Shown: positions 50,225 through 60,271 of the stretch, piece after piece | How the letters are laid out: every line of letters starts with the position of its first letter | Numbering within the stretch: the stretch's first letter is position 1 | Program-made: the position numbers and the translations under genes | Notes under the pieces: model-generated | Databases searched by the model: none | Told to the model about the DNA's origin: nothing | The model's input: only the letters and a program-made list of their open reading frames with translations | DNA from: Promethearchaeota archaeon | Lineage (GTDB): Archaea > Asgardarchaeota > Lokiarchaeia > Sigyniarchaeales > SOKP01 | Length of the DNA: 64,000 bases | Reading direction: 5' to 3' | Assembly: GCA_048938005.1 (NCBI GenBank) | Contig: JBHLMQ010000003.1 | Location: forward strand, 64,001-128,000

Positions 50225-51349
50225 ATGGCAGATACAAAATCGGATATCTATGTAATAATATTAGCTGCGGGTTTAGCTACTAGATTACGACCTCTCTCAA
50301 ATAGAATACCAAAACCTTTAATAAACATTTGTGGAAGTTCAATAAATTACAGAATAATATCTAATTTTAAGAATGCTGGATTTTTTAGATTTTGTATTTT
50401 AATAGGATATAAAAAGGAACGTGTAAAGAAAGAAGTTTTAAAAAATAAAGATATTGAGATAGAATTCGTAGAACAAAAGGAAATTACAGGTATGGCTGAA
50501 GCAATCTCCTTATCTATCAACCACATTAATAAAAATAAAGAAAATATAAAAGGTTTTTTTGTAACCGCTGCTGATATTATTCCTGAAAAGTGGGATATTC
50601 TTAATATGTATTCATTTTATAAAAATTCAAAAGCAGATATTATTCTGAGTTTAATGGTATCACATGATAGCGAAATTGCAAGCGGGCATGCTAATATTAA
50701 AATATCAAACGATTCAATATTAAGTAAAGAAATAGATCTAAATCATGTTTTGGAAATTATTGATATTATTGAAAAGCCAAAACCTCTTCAGATCTTAAGT
50801 GATTATTATTCCCTACCCTTTTATTTTTTTAATCAGAATATTCTTAAGAATTTCGAAAATATTAATATTTCAGAACGTGGTGAGAAAGAGTTTCAAGATG
50901 CGATAAAGAATGCCTTAATTTCGGGAGATGAGGTTCTTGGAATACCTATAATAGATACTCCGATTACAAAAAATAATATCGGTAAATTCCATTTAACAAA
51001 TTTAAAGGATATCATTAAAATGAACAATAGATTTCTATCTGGTGTAAACCTTGAAAAATTCAAAGGCAAATCTCCTGAATTTTTTGAGCCAGTTAAAATA
51101 AAATACGGAGTTGAGATAGGACATAAGGTTATATTAGGCCCTTATGTGATAATTGGCAAGTTTTGTAAGATAGGTGATTTTTGTGAATTAACAGATGTTA
51201 TTATCTTCGATAATACCATTATTGGAAAATCTTCTAAATTAAGTTGGTGTATTATAGACGAGAACGTAACCGTAACAGATAATTTTCATGCAAAAGACTG
51301 TTTTATTACTCAAAATGATGAAAAAGAATTAGATATAATAAATTTCTAA
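50225..51349 (+). CDS. Sugar-phosphate nucleotidyltransferase with left-handed beta-helix
   Basis: LAAGLATRLRPL...PKPL, EKP, SERGEKE, hexapeptide repeats. Confidence 0.88.
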   Translation: MADTKSDIYVIILAAGLATRLRPLSNRIPKPLINICGSSINYRIISNFKNAGFFRFCILIGYKKERVKKEVLKNKDIEIEFVEQKEITGMAEAISLSINHINKNKENIKGFFVTAADIIPEKWDILNMYSFYKNSKADIILSLMVSHDSEIASGHANIKISNDSILSKEIDLNHVLEIIDIIEKPKPLQILSDYYSLPFYFFNQNILKNFENINISERGEKEFQDAIKNALISGDEVLGIPIIDTPITKNNIGKFHLTNLKDIIKMNNRFLSGVNLEKFKGKSPEFFEPVKIKYGVEIGHKVILGPYVIIGKFCKIGDFCELTDVIIFDNTIIGKSSKLSWCIIDENVTVTDNFHAKDCFITQNDEKELDIINF

Positions 51350-51434
51350 ATTGTAATCATTATAGTAAAAATTATTAATAAAAAACATTATTATTAATGA
51401 TAAAGGGACTCTATATATTAAATTTTTATGCGAA

Positions 51435-52250
51435 GTGATCTTGTTAATGGATGAATTTTCAATAAAAAAACAATTAGAGACTAAAGATAACCTCATTAAA
51501 TTAAAAGATGAGCAAGTTAAGACCCTCGAGAATTCTCTTCAATTAAAAGATGAGCAAATTAAAACTCTCGAGAAGACACTCAAAACTAAAGATGATGAGA
51601 CTAAAACTTTAGAAAAAACCATTGCATTAAAAGAAGAAGAAATCATAAAAATAGCATCTTCAACAGTTGATACAAGTATTTTAAAAGAGAAAGATGATAC
51701 GATTACTCAGCTTCAAAAAGAGATAGAAATATTAAATGAAGAATTAGCTAAAGCAGATGAAGAATTAGAAAGCTTAGAATTGGAAAATGAGAAACTCAGA
51801 AAAGCTGAATCTAGTTCTGCAGATTTTAAAATTATTGATTATACAAATATAAACATCAACAAAACTCAGATTCTTGAGAAAATGAGAGACATATTAGAAA
51901 AAGCAATAGCTAATGTTAGCATAGTCGTTCCTAGTATTGAGGATTTGCAGGAGTTGTATTTATATGAGCTCAGATCATCTGTGTCCATGTCGATTGCATG
52001 TTCAATTAATCCCGGAATTGATGAGCATTCTGAACTGCTAGAAGAGTTCGAAAGTTTAGATAATATAAATTTGCGAAATTACGAACGAGCAGACAGATAT
52101 GTATTAACAAGAGACGGAGAAGAACTGCTATTAGCAGTAATTGGTGATTCTGAAGATAATAATTTAGTAATCCATACAAAAGATCCTAAACATATTAAAT
52201 TACTCAATTCTATAGCTACAGAGGGTTGGATCCAGAGCCGAAAAATCTAA
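51435..52250 (+). CDS. Coiled-coil protein with globular C-terminal domain
   Basis: 14-aa repeats LKDEQxKTLExxLx; alpha/beta C-terminus. Confidence 0.8.
   Translation: MILLMDEFSIKKQLETKDNLIKLKDEQVKTLENSLQLKDEQIKTLEKTLKTKDDETKTLEKTIALKEEEIIKIASSTVDTSILKEKDDTITQLQKEIEILNEELAKADEELESLELENEKLRKAESSSADFKIIDYTNININKTQILEKMRDILEKAIANVSIVVPSIEDLQELYLYELRSSVSMSIACSINPGIDEHSELLEEFESLDNINLRNYERADRYVLTRDGEELLLAVIGDSEDNNLVIHTKDPKHIKLLNSIATEGWIQSRKI
51501..51644 (+). repeat. 42-bp degenerate coding tandem repeat (about 3.5 copies)
   Basis: Units start at 51501, 51543, 51585, 51627. Confidence 0.75.
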
Positions 52251-52262
52251 AAAATAAGAAGT

Positions 52263-52997
52263 TTAGAAAATAGGACACTCTTCTTTTACACATTTATCGT
52301 TAATCTTTGAAAAAGGACATCTTTTAAAATTATAACCTAAATTTATGCTAAACTTTTCTTGTAAGAATTTTAAAGTTTCTATAATTGATAATCTTACAGA
52401 TCTCTTGCAGCAATGTTCTAAATTATCTGCAATTTTATCTAATGATTGAGATGTTACTTGATTTGCTAATGTCCTTGGACCATCTGTTGCAGGTGTTGCT
52501 CCTGTGAAAATACTTATTGCTACGCCAGATCCCATACCTGCACCGCATGAGCCATAAAAACCACACCAACCACCTGGGATCTTAGAAGCTCTTCTAATTG
52601 CTTCCTTAATATCAAATAAGGATATCTTATCCCCACTAGGTTTGTTAACTCCATTATTCTTAAGAGATGTTAAAATAACAGCAGGTGTTAGTACATGATG
52701 CTCAGGACCATACACTTTAAAATTTGGGTGTTTCATGATTATATCTGCTAATTCAAATGGATCCTTAATATCAGTTTCTTCGCATATTTTTTCAATAATT
52801 TCAATTGGGTCTTTTGAATGGCAAGCATCGCAGATATAATGTCCAACACTGCAGTATATATTAGTTTTAAATTTTTTTTTACAAAATTCACAGTTCAATT
52901 CTTTATAATCTTCCAATTTAGTCGCATAAAGTAAAGTTTCACCACAAATTTCACATTTATCACTTATTTCTTTTTTCATTTTTAATCTTATCAGCAT
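52263..52997 (-). CDS. DUF5714-like Cys-rich protein
   Basis: Zn-finger N-terminus, GHYICDACH, GPEHH, GGWCGFYGSCGA, CCKR. Confidence 0.75.
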   Translation of the reverse strand: MLIRLKMKKEISDKCEICGETLLYATKLEDYKELNCEFCKKKFKTNIYCSVGHYICDACHSKDPIEIIEKICEETDIKDPFELADIIMKHPNFKVYGPEHHVLTPAVILTSLKNNGVNKPSGDKISLFDIKEAIRRASKIPGGWCGFYGSCGAGMGSGVAISIFTGATPATDGPRTLANQVTSQSLDKIADNLEHCCKRSVRLSIIETLKFLQEKFSINLGYNFKRCPFSKINDKCVKEECPIF

Positions 52998-53003
52998 GTT
53001 TAA

Positions 53004-53858
53004 TTATATTTCAATCAAAGTCATTTTTCTTTTGTTAAAATGGGCTAATTGATTGTATCCTATTCTTCTTAACATAACAATTATTTTTTTGAATTCCCAA
53101 GCAATATAAACAGGATTATGAGCATCAGATCCTAGCAAGATTGGAATATCAAGAGAATACATCTCCTTTATGATTTCCTTACTTGGATATTGCTCATTAC
53201 AGTCCTTCCTCAACCCTCCTGTATTAATTTCCATAGCGATATTTCTTTTTCTTTTAATGAGTTCTAAGGTTTTCATTGCTTCATTGAATATTATTTCTTT
53301 ATTATTAGGAATATCATTAAATTTCTTGGGTAAATCGAAATGTGCAATGATATCAAAATTAAATCTGGGTGTTCTTACCATTTTTTGGAGTTTTTGATAA
53401 TAAAACATATATACTTTATCTGCTCCATAATACTCATAATCATTTCTAAACCTAGAATCATCAAAACCCCAAGCTCCTTTTCCATCAAAAAAATTTAAAA
53501 TATGTATTGAGCCCAATATAAAATCCAATCTACTTATAATTGGTTTTAGATGATTATTTAATGTAGACTCTTGATTTTTGAGGTAATCTATTTCAAAACC
53601 AATCCGAATTGTAATATCCTCTTTATACTTCTCTCTTAATTTTTCTGTTGTAGATAAATAATTTTCAATTTCATGTAGAGTTATAGCATATTCCTGATGG
53701 GGAATCCTCTCAATTTTCTTCAGAAATTCATAGGGAAAATGATCACTTATCCCTATTGTTTTAAGTTCAAGTTCAATAGCTTTTTTAATATAATCTTCAA
53801 TTGAGCCAATAGCATGATGGCATTGTTGATTATGAGTGTGCCAGTCCTCAAGTATCAT
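53004..53858 (-). CDS. hisJ: Histidinol-phosphatase, PHP family
   Basis: DWHTH, CHHA.G, SDH, GSIH, AHFD, EINT.G, GSDAH. Confidence 0.85.
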   Translation of the reverse strand: MILEDWHTHNQQCHHAIGSIEDYIKKAIELELKTIGISDHFPYEFLKKIERIPHQEYAITLHEIENYLSTTEKLREKYKEDITIRIGFEIDYLKNQESTLNNHLKPIISRLDFILGSIHILNFFDGKGAWGFDDSRFRNDYEYYGADKVYMFYYQKLQKMVRTPRFNFDIIAHFDLPKKFNDIPNNKEIIFNEAMKTLELIKRKRNIAMEINTGGLRKDCNEQYPSKEIIKEMYSLDIPILLGSDAHNPVYIAWEFKKIIVMLRRIGYNQLAHFNKRKMTLIEI

Positions 53859-53955
53859 TTATTATACGACCAAGATTTTTTATACCATTGCTTAATTTTA
53901 ACAATTAAATAAGAAAGATAAAATTTATGATTACTTTATATTAGCTGATTTTTTC

Positions 53956-54765
53956 TTGGAATTTAAAAAAAAACAGTTTGATGGACCTTATGAAGTTGCC
54001 TCTCTTGATATTTATGTTGAAGATGAGTTATTCAAGGGGTTGCTTTATTATCCCCCCATATCTTTTCAAAAACCCTATCCTGTAATAATATATTTTCATG
54101 GATTTCCGCAACTATTTCCTCTACAAGAGATTGTAAGAAGTTATCATTATCTTTTGGATATTGGTTATGCTTTCATCACATTTAATTTTAGGGGTTATAG
54201 ATATAGTGAAGGAGAGGTTTCGATAAAATCTCAAGTAGCAGACGCATACAAAATTATTGATTTTATTAATTCCATGGCTAAAAATGATATCTTTAATTTA
54301 ACCAACGTTAACATTATTGGTCATGATTTTGGTGCATATATTGCGCTGATTCTTTGTTCTCAAATTAACTGTATTACTAAATTGTTATTAATTACTCCAA
54401 TTATAGATGTAAAAAAACATATACATGACGATAATTTCTCTCAAGTATTAAATTATATAAATCGATTTCTCCCTGGTAATGTAAAGGGGATTAGCAATAT
54501 TAATGAATTTATTAATTTAATTAAGATGGAATTGTCTCAGAAAAAATATCAAATTAGATATTTTATAAACCATCTAACAATCAAAAAATTAAAAATTGTG
54601 ATTGGAAATGTAGATAAAATTACACCTATTTCTGCAGTAGAAGAAGTAATGCATAACTCAAACATCGATTATGAACTGGCATTGATAGAAAATATGGATC
54701 ATGATATCATTTATGAAGAAGATTTATTAAAAATAAAAAAAGAAATAAGGAAATTTTTTGAATAA
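53956..54765 (+). CDS. Alpha/beta-fold hydrolase
   Basis: HGFP, FRGY.YSEG, GHDFG nucleophile elbow, D and H near C-terminus. Confidence 0.85.
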   Translation: MEFKKKQFDGPYEVASLDIYVEDELFKGLLYYPPISFQKPYPVIIYFHGFPQLFPLQEIVRSYHYLLDIGYAFITFNFRGYRYSEGEVSIKSQVADAYKIIDFINSMAKNDIFNLTNVNIIGHDFGAYIALILCSQINCITKLLLITPIIDVKKHIHDDNFSQVLNYINRFLPGNVKGISNINEFINLIKMELSQKKYQIRYFINHLTIKKLKIVIGNVDKITPISAVEEVMHNSNIDYELALIENMDHDIIYEEDLLKIKKEIRKFFE

Positions 54766-54839
54766 AAATCGTGAAAACGATGAAAATATTAAAACAATTA
54801 ACGCTAATGAGCATGTTCCAGAAATCTAAACTTTTTACT

Positions 54840-55490
54840 TTATTCTATATATTTTTTAATATATCGTTGTACTTCACTTGTAGGTTGAAAAATCCCGAAA
54901 TGTCCCTCACATAAAATATCTGCGTTCAAATCTAAAAGTTTTCGTAAAGAACTTTGATAATCTCCAAAATTACTAACACCGGGTATTATAGGGCCATGAA
55001 TATCCTGTCCAAATAATATCTTCTTATTATCTTCAGTCTCGATTAAAATAGAGATAGAACCAGGAGTATGGCCGGGAGTATGGATACATTGAAACTCATA
55101 AATTCCAAATTTTAAGATTTCAAAATCTCCTTTTAATCTTTTCTGAAGTTTAACTGGTTTATAATTTACTCCGTACCACATAGCTGCTGTTTCTCTATCA
55201 TGTCCTTTCTCTTCTATTGCATCTGCATCCAATTCATGAGCGTAAAACTTTACGTTTTTGTTAAATTGTTTAAAATCATAACAAGCACCAATATGATCTA
55301 TATGGAAATGAGTGATAATACAATGTTTTATTTCCATTGGATTTAAATTAAGTTTACTGATCTTTTTTATCATTTCAAGACTCATTCCGCAATCTATTAA
55401 AATAAGACCATCTGCGCTATGGGTATTAACTAGAAAAACAGAACATCCACTGTCGCCAATATGGTATACATTCTTATAAATTTCCCTCAT
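54840..55490 (-). CDS. Metallo-beta-lactamase-fold hydrolase
   Basis: THFHIDH, TPGHTPGS, EGH. Confidence 0.9.
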   Translation of the reverse strand: MREIYKNVYHIGDSGCSVFLVNTHSADGLILIDCGMSLEMIKKISKLNLNPMEIKHCIITHFHIDHIGACYDFKQFNKNVKFYAHELDADAIEEKGHDRETAAMWYGVNYKPVKLQKRLKGDFEILKFGIYEFQCIHTPGHTPGSISILIETEDNKKILFGQDIHGPIIPGVSNFGDYQSSLRKLLDLNADILCEGHFGIFQPTSEVQRYIKKYIE

Positions 55491-55538
55491 TTTTTACTCG
55501 ATTATTTGTTATCGTAATTATACATTAAAATTTTTTAT

Positions 55539-56270
55539 TTATTTAAAATGTTCCATTATTAGATTTAGAAGTGTATCTGGATAATCTGTATAAATTGCTT
55601 GTACAATTTGGCCCTTATAGCCTAAATTTAATACTTTTTGCATATTGGTTTTGGTGTTAACTCCCCAAATGTAGCATTTAAAATCATTATCAATTACCAT
55701 TTTAAATAAGTCTTTAATATATCCTGAACACTTCAAGTTTATTCCACATACATTAATTTTTCTCAATTTATCCACATTTAAAGCGTTATCTCTAAATGTA
55801 TTGATAATATCTGTTGAAGTGTAAATAAGTTTAACATCGTTATTTTGTTTCCTTAATAGAGAAAGTGTTATTAATCGTCTATCTGTAATTTCTATTTGAT
55901 TGAGAAGTGAATATTTTTCAGCTAGATTCAAAAGCTCTAACCCTACTTGTTTATTTGAAATATCAAAACTATATCGCAAATCATAAGAACTATTCTTAAA
56001 AATTTGAAAGACCTCTTCAACTAGGGGAATTTTACGCCTATCTTTAAATTGAATTCCCTGAATGTCTTTAAATGTTAAATCACTTATAGCATTGTATCCT
56101 GTTCCTATTTTAACATAAGGATCATGAAAACATATTAATTTATTATCTTTAGTAATTTGTATATCTGTTTCAATTCCTACTCCCATACTTACTGCTTTTT
56201 TAAAAGATGGAATTGTATTTTCAATTTCATATCCTGAGGCTCCTCGATGTGCAAAAACATATGGTTTCAT
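55539..56270 (-). CDS. Glycerophosphodiester phosphodiesterase
   Basis: AHRGAS..ENT, ETD..TKD...HD, TDYP. Confidence 0.9.
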   Translation of the reverse strand: MKPYVFAHRGASGYEIENTIPSFKKAVSMGVGIETDIQITKDNKLICFHDPYVKIGTGYNAISDLTFKDIQGIQFKDRRKIPLVEEVFQIFKNSSYDLRYSFDISNKQVGLELLNLAEKYSLLNQIEITDRRLITLSLLRKQNNDVKLIYTSTDIINTFRDNALNVDKLRKINVCGINLKCSGYIKDLFKMVIDNDFKCYIWGVNTKTNMQKVLNLGYKGQIVQAIYTDYPDTLLNLIMEHFK

Positions 56271-56367
56271 TTTTCAAGAAAAACAGCATTTTTTATGCAA
56301 AAATATGAAAAAAATACTTTTTATAGAAATTTAAATTACTAATATTACTTAATATTTACTCAAGATT

Positions 56368-57195
56368 TTGGTTGATATGGTACAAGAGAATAGTGATAAG
56401 CAAATAGATGATAATCCACCATTTTCGGTAAAATTAAAAAATTACTTCAAAAATTTGATTGATTTTTCTCATTATAACACCAAAACTATAATATATATTA
56501 TTATCTTTGCTGCTTTAATCATCTTTTCGATAGCTTTATTTATTTACAACTATTTTGTTGATCCTACTTTTCTTTATTCAGTAATTGTTAATTTCTTCGT
56601 CAATCCTATACTAGCAATAGGAGTTTGGGGGATTTTCTTATTTATTGGGATAATGGCAATCCAAGGTTTAATAATCCCTATTCCTTCTGAAATTGTTCTT
56701 CTAGCCACAGGAATGATTTGGGGCATTTATTATGGAGGAATCATGGGGATCATTGGATCAGTAGCAGCAGGCATGCTTTGCTTTTATATTAGCAAAAAAG
56801 GTGGTCGTCCACTTGCAGAGAAATTTGTTGGAAAGAAAGCTATAAATATGGCTGATGAATTTATTGAAAAGTATGGTATATGGGCAATTCTAATCTCAAG
56901 AATGCTTCCGTTCATTGCGTTTGATCCTGTTAGTTATGCATCAGGGCTTGTGGAAATGGATACTAAGAAATATTCTATTGGAACTTTGATTGGAGCAATT
57001 CCACGTGCTTTTTTCTTCGCATGGCTCGGATCCCTTTTCGGAATCGACCCCTCCGACCCTAATATTGAAGCACAATCGGTACTTTTTAATATAATCTTCT
57101 TAATCATAGTTGGTGTTCTAGGAACAATATTCATTGTTTATTACCTTTATGGAAGATATTGGAATAAGAAAAAAAAGCTAAAAAAAGGAGATTAA
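56368..57195 (+). CDS. TVP38/TMEM64 (DedA/VTT) membrane protein
   Basis: PIPSE, GRP, RMLPFIAFD.VSYASG. Confidence 0.88.
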   Translation: MVDMVQENSDKQIDDNPPFSVKLKNYFKNLIDFSHYNTKTIIYIIIFAALIIFSIALFIYNYFVDPTFLYSVIVNFFVNPILAIGVWGIFLFIGIMAIQGLIIPIPSEIVLLATGMIWGIYYGGIMGIIGSVAAGMLCFYISKKGGRPLAEKFVGKKAINMADEFIEKYGIWAILISRMLPFIAFDPVSYASGLVEMDTKKYSIGTLIGAIPRAFFFAWLGSLFGIDPSDPNIEAQSVLFNIIFLIIVGVLGTIFIVYYLYGRYWNKKKKLKKGD

Positions 57196-57299
57196 TTCCG
57201 GATTTACTTAATATCTAGCTTCTTCTTATCTTTTTTTATCAAAATCATAATATTGTGATATTATTGATTTTTTTAATATTTGCAAAAATATAGTTCTGT

Positions 57300-57473
57300 A
57301 TGAACGAAAAAGAAAAAGATTTTGAAGAAATTTCTTCCAAGGAAAACTACGAGCTAAATTTACCAGAGTTTTTTAAAGCACTCAATAAGGCAATAAGTAC
57401 TAATAACATGCAGTCTATTTATGGGCTTTCAAAGGTATTTACTAGATATTGTTTTAAAAAATTAGATAACTAA
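57300..57473 (+). CDS. Possible 57-aa small protein (not in ORF track)
   Basis: MNEKEKDFEEISSKENYELNLPEFFKALNKAISTNNMQSIYGLSKVFTRYCFKKLDN*. Confidence 0.45.
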   Translation: MNEKEKDFEEISSKENYELNLPEFFKALNKAISTNNMQSIYGLSKVFTRYCFKKLDN

Positions 57474-57730
57474 GGATTTTTTCGGTTGAGTCAGAGTTAA
57501 TTACTTATTTTATTTTCTAAAGAAATATTGGAAGGAGCTAATAACAATTTATTAAGTTTTTTTATTATCTCCTTTTGAATCTTTTTGTGTACACATCACT
57601 ATTTTTTTTATGAACAAAAATTTTTTGTCCGTAATAATGATATATAAATTTTTTGGTTTGAGTAATTTTATATATCCAAAACCTATGTTTAATTTGAGGT
57701 ATTTAATATTAAGTTTAAGGAAGATTTATA

Positions 57731-57988
57731 ATGGCAACAATAAATACTAATCATAACTACGAAAAAATTCTACAAGATAACCTAAAAGATGAACTACAAT
57801 GGCTCGAAAATGAATTTATGTTTCAATTTAAAAATAAAAAGAAAAAAACAAAAGAAGATATTACTCTTGGAAATCAAATTTTAAATAATATAATTGATAG
57901 TATTAAAGCAGATAACAGTGAAGAAGTCCTTAATCTATTAGCAATAACCTTAAACAGAATTGAACATGATTTTCCAGAATTTTTTTAA
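57731..57988 (+). CDS. Small helical hypothetical protein
   Basis: 85-aa ORF with ATG. Confidence 0.7.
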   Translation: MATINTNHNYEKILQDNLKDELQWLENEFMFQFKNKKKKTKEDITLGNQILNNIIDSIKADNSEEVLNLLAITLNRIEHDFPEFF

Positions 57989-58260
57989 TTAAATTCAATT
58001 ATTCAAAATATAGGTTCCCTCAATTTTTGTTAATATTGAACTATACAACTTTTTCTTGGAGAGCTCAATTCTTAATACTGTGTTATAATAAAATTTAAGC
58101 TTTCAATAATAGATTTAACTAATTTCTTAAAAACATAAATTATTATAAGAACAAAAACCATTAATAAGAAAGGGAAATATAATTTAAAACATAAATAAAT
58201 ATTAAATTAAGAAAAGAAATTCATCAGAACTTCATCAGAAAAATCAAATAAACTTTAATT

Positions 58261-59346
58261 ATGGAAAGAATAATTTTAACTCACTGGAATACTCAGATTG
58301 GACCTGAACCAATTATCCAATATCCACCAGAAAAACTCTTTCCAACAAAAGATCTTTTTCTAAAAATTTGGGCGAAACATGAACTAAATAAAGAAAATTC
58401 AATGATAGAATTTATACCAGAGGATGGTGAGTATAGTTATGTTTCAATAATACAAAAATTTGAAGGAGAAATCTACTTTTTAATTTTAGTCTATAGTCAA
58501 AAAGACAAGAGTGAAGACATAATTAAGGATTCCCCAGATATTTTAGCCCTGATAAGTAAGAATTTAATAGAATTAATTAACACAAATAAGATTACTCGTG
58601 CGATCTCTGAAGCATTTAATACAATAAGAGATTATTCTAAATTAGATGAGGAAGAAAATCTTATTAACTTTTTTCAAGATAGAATCAAATATACAATTCT
58701 ACAAATTCTAAGATCTGGAGTAATTTCCAAATCTAAACTCACTGATATGCTAAGGCATGATTATGGTTTCTCTACAGTAAATATTGATTTGTTATTAATT
58801 TCCTTTATTCATGAAAATTTAATAATCAAAAAAAATGTACCAGGAAGTAAAGAATGCTACTTTCTAATAAAAGATCTTTCTTGTACTAGAATTCCTCCTA
58901 AAAATTTACCTTCAGAACAAATGGAAGAAAGTATTTTAAGAAAATATAGAGAATCTTTAAAAAATTATTATTTGGATTACTATAATCTATCAGATTTTGA
59001 GAATAAAACAATAATTCAAACAGTCCTTTTTAATAAGGATGTGTTTCATCTATTAAAAACACTTAGAAAAAAAAACTTAACTGTAAATGATTGTCTGAAT
59101 CTCCTAAATAATAAAGAAGAACTCTTTAATGAACTTATAGACAAGAAATTTATTTATGAAGCAAAAGGTTTCGTATTTCTTTTCTCCGATATTCGATTTA
59201 TCAAATTTAGTCCAAATTACATCATCGAAAAGTTAGTGGAAAGATATGATAATCAAGAGATTTCATTAAATGAATATATAGCCCATTTAAAACTATTAGC
59301 AATGCAGATTGAAGAGCCTCTATCCATTGATTATGAAATTGTGTGA
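58261..59346 (+). CDS. Longin/uDENN-like N-terminal domain with winged-helix-like C-terminal repeats
   Basis: IILTHWNTQIGPEPIIQYP resembles uDENN/NPRL2-type hhhxxFxxxxGPxhxxQxP start. Confidence 0.55.
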   Translation: MERIILTHWNTQIGPEPIIQYPPEKLFPTKDLFLKIWAKHELNKENSMIEFIPEDGEYSYVSIIQKFEGEIYFLILVYSQKDKSEDIIKDSPDILALISKNLIELINTNKITRAISEAFNTIRDYSKLDEEENLINFFQDRIKYTILQILRSGVISKSKLTDMLRHDYGFSTVNIDLLLISFIHENLIIKKNVPGSKECYFLIKDLSCTRIPPKNLPSEQMEESILRKYRESLKNYYLDYYNLSDFENKTIIQTVLFNKDVFHLLKTLRKKNLTVNDCLNLLNNKEELFNELIDKKFIYEAKGFVFLFSDIRFIKFSPNYIIEKLVERYDNQEISLNEYIAHLKLLAMQIEEPLSIDYEIV

Positions 59347-59467
59347 TTAATTCTGATTTTTCAATTTTTTTCTTTAAGTTAATCTTAAGAAAATAAAAAT
59401 ATATATATTAAATAATCGAATTTTATACTATTTACTTAAAATATATATTAAAGAAAAGTGATAATTT

Positions 59468-60226
59468 TTGGCACTTGAACCAGTGGATTATCTTCAGGGA
59501 AGCTTTAGTCTTATATTTGTTATAATTTCTCTCATTATCGGAATTACAATCTTATCAAAATATTTTGAATTTAAAAACCGATTATATATTTTAGTGGGAA
59601 TTTCATGGATTGGTGTAGCAATCCCTTGGATGCCAGATTCAATCTCATTTCTTATGAATCTCATTATACAAAAATCGTTGGATCCTGGGTGGTATTTCAT
59701 TATAGGAAATTGTTTTCTTCCAATAGCTTTAATAACTTGGTCAATTGCTTTTACAGATATGATCTATAGGCAAGCACAAAAAAAAATTGTTTTAATTGTG
59801 ATTATTCTTTCAATTCTTTTTGAAATTATCTTCTTTACACTGTTTTTTATAGATATAGATTTGATTGGTACAATTGATCCTGTAATCAGACCTTTCACTG
59901 CGGATTTTGGATTATTTATAATAATCTATTTAATGCTAGCTATCTTATATATGTTAGTTACTGGAGTTATTTTTGCCCAAAAATCAGTTAAATTAGAGGA
60001 TCGTGAAGTTCGATTGAAAGGGAAATTACTTAGAGCTGCATTTATTACCTTTACTGTTGCTGCTGTTTTAGATGCTAGCCTTGGAATGATATTTGAAGAT
60101 CCAGCTGATCCACTTTTAGCGGTTATGGTTGTAATTGTTAGAGTCTTGTTAATATTCAGCGCATTGGAGTTTTATGGTGGATTCTTGCTTCCTAAATGGA
60201 TGAAAGAAATTTTTATGAAAAAATAA
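59468..60226 (+). CDS. Seven-TM membrane protein, no soluble output domain
   Basis: Seven hydrophobic segments in 252 aa. Confidence 0.8.
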   Translation: MALEPVDYLQGSFSLIFVIISLIIGITILSKYFEFKNRLYILVGISWIGVAIPWMPDSISFLMNLIIQKSLDPGWYFIIGNCFLPIALITWSIAFTDMIYRQAQKKIVLIVIILSILFEIIFFTLFFIDIDLIGTIDPVIRPFTADFGLFIIIYLMLAILYMLVTGVIFAQKSVKLEDREVRLKGKLLRAAFITFTVAAVLDASLGMIFEDPADPLLAVMVVIVRVLLIFSALEFYGGFLLPKWMKEIFMKK

Positions 60227-60271
60227 AAATTTAATTTTCAATCTTAATTTTTTTTTAAAATAAAAAGTGAG

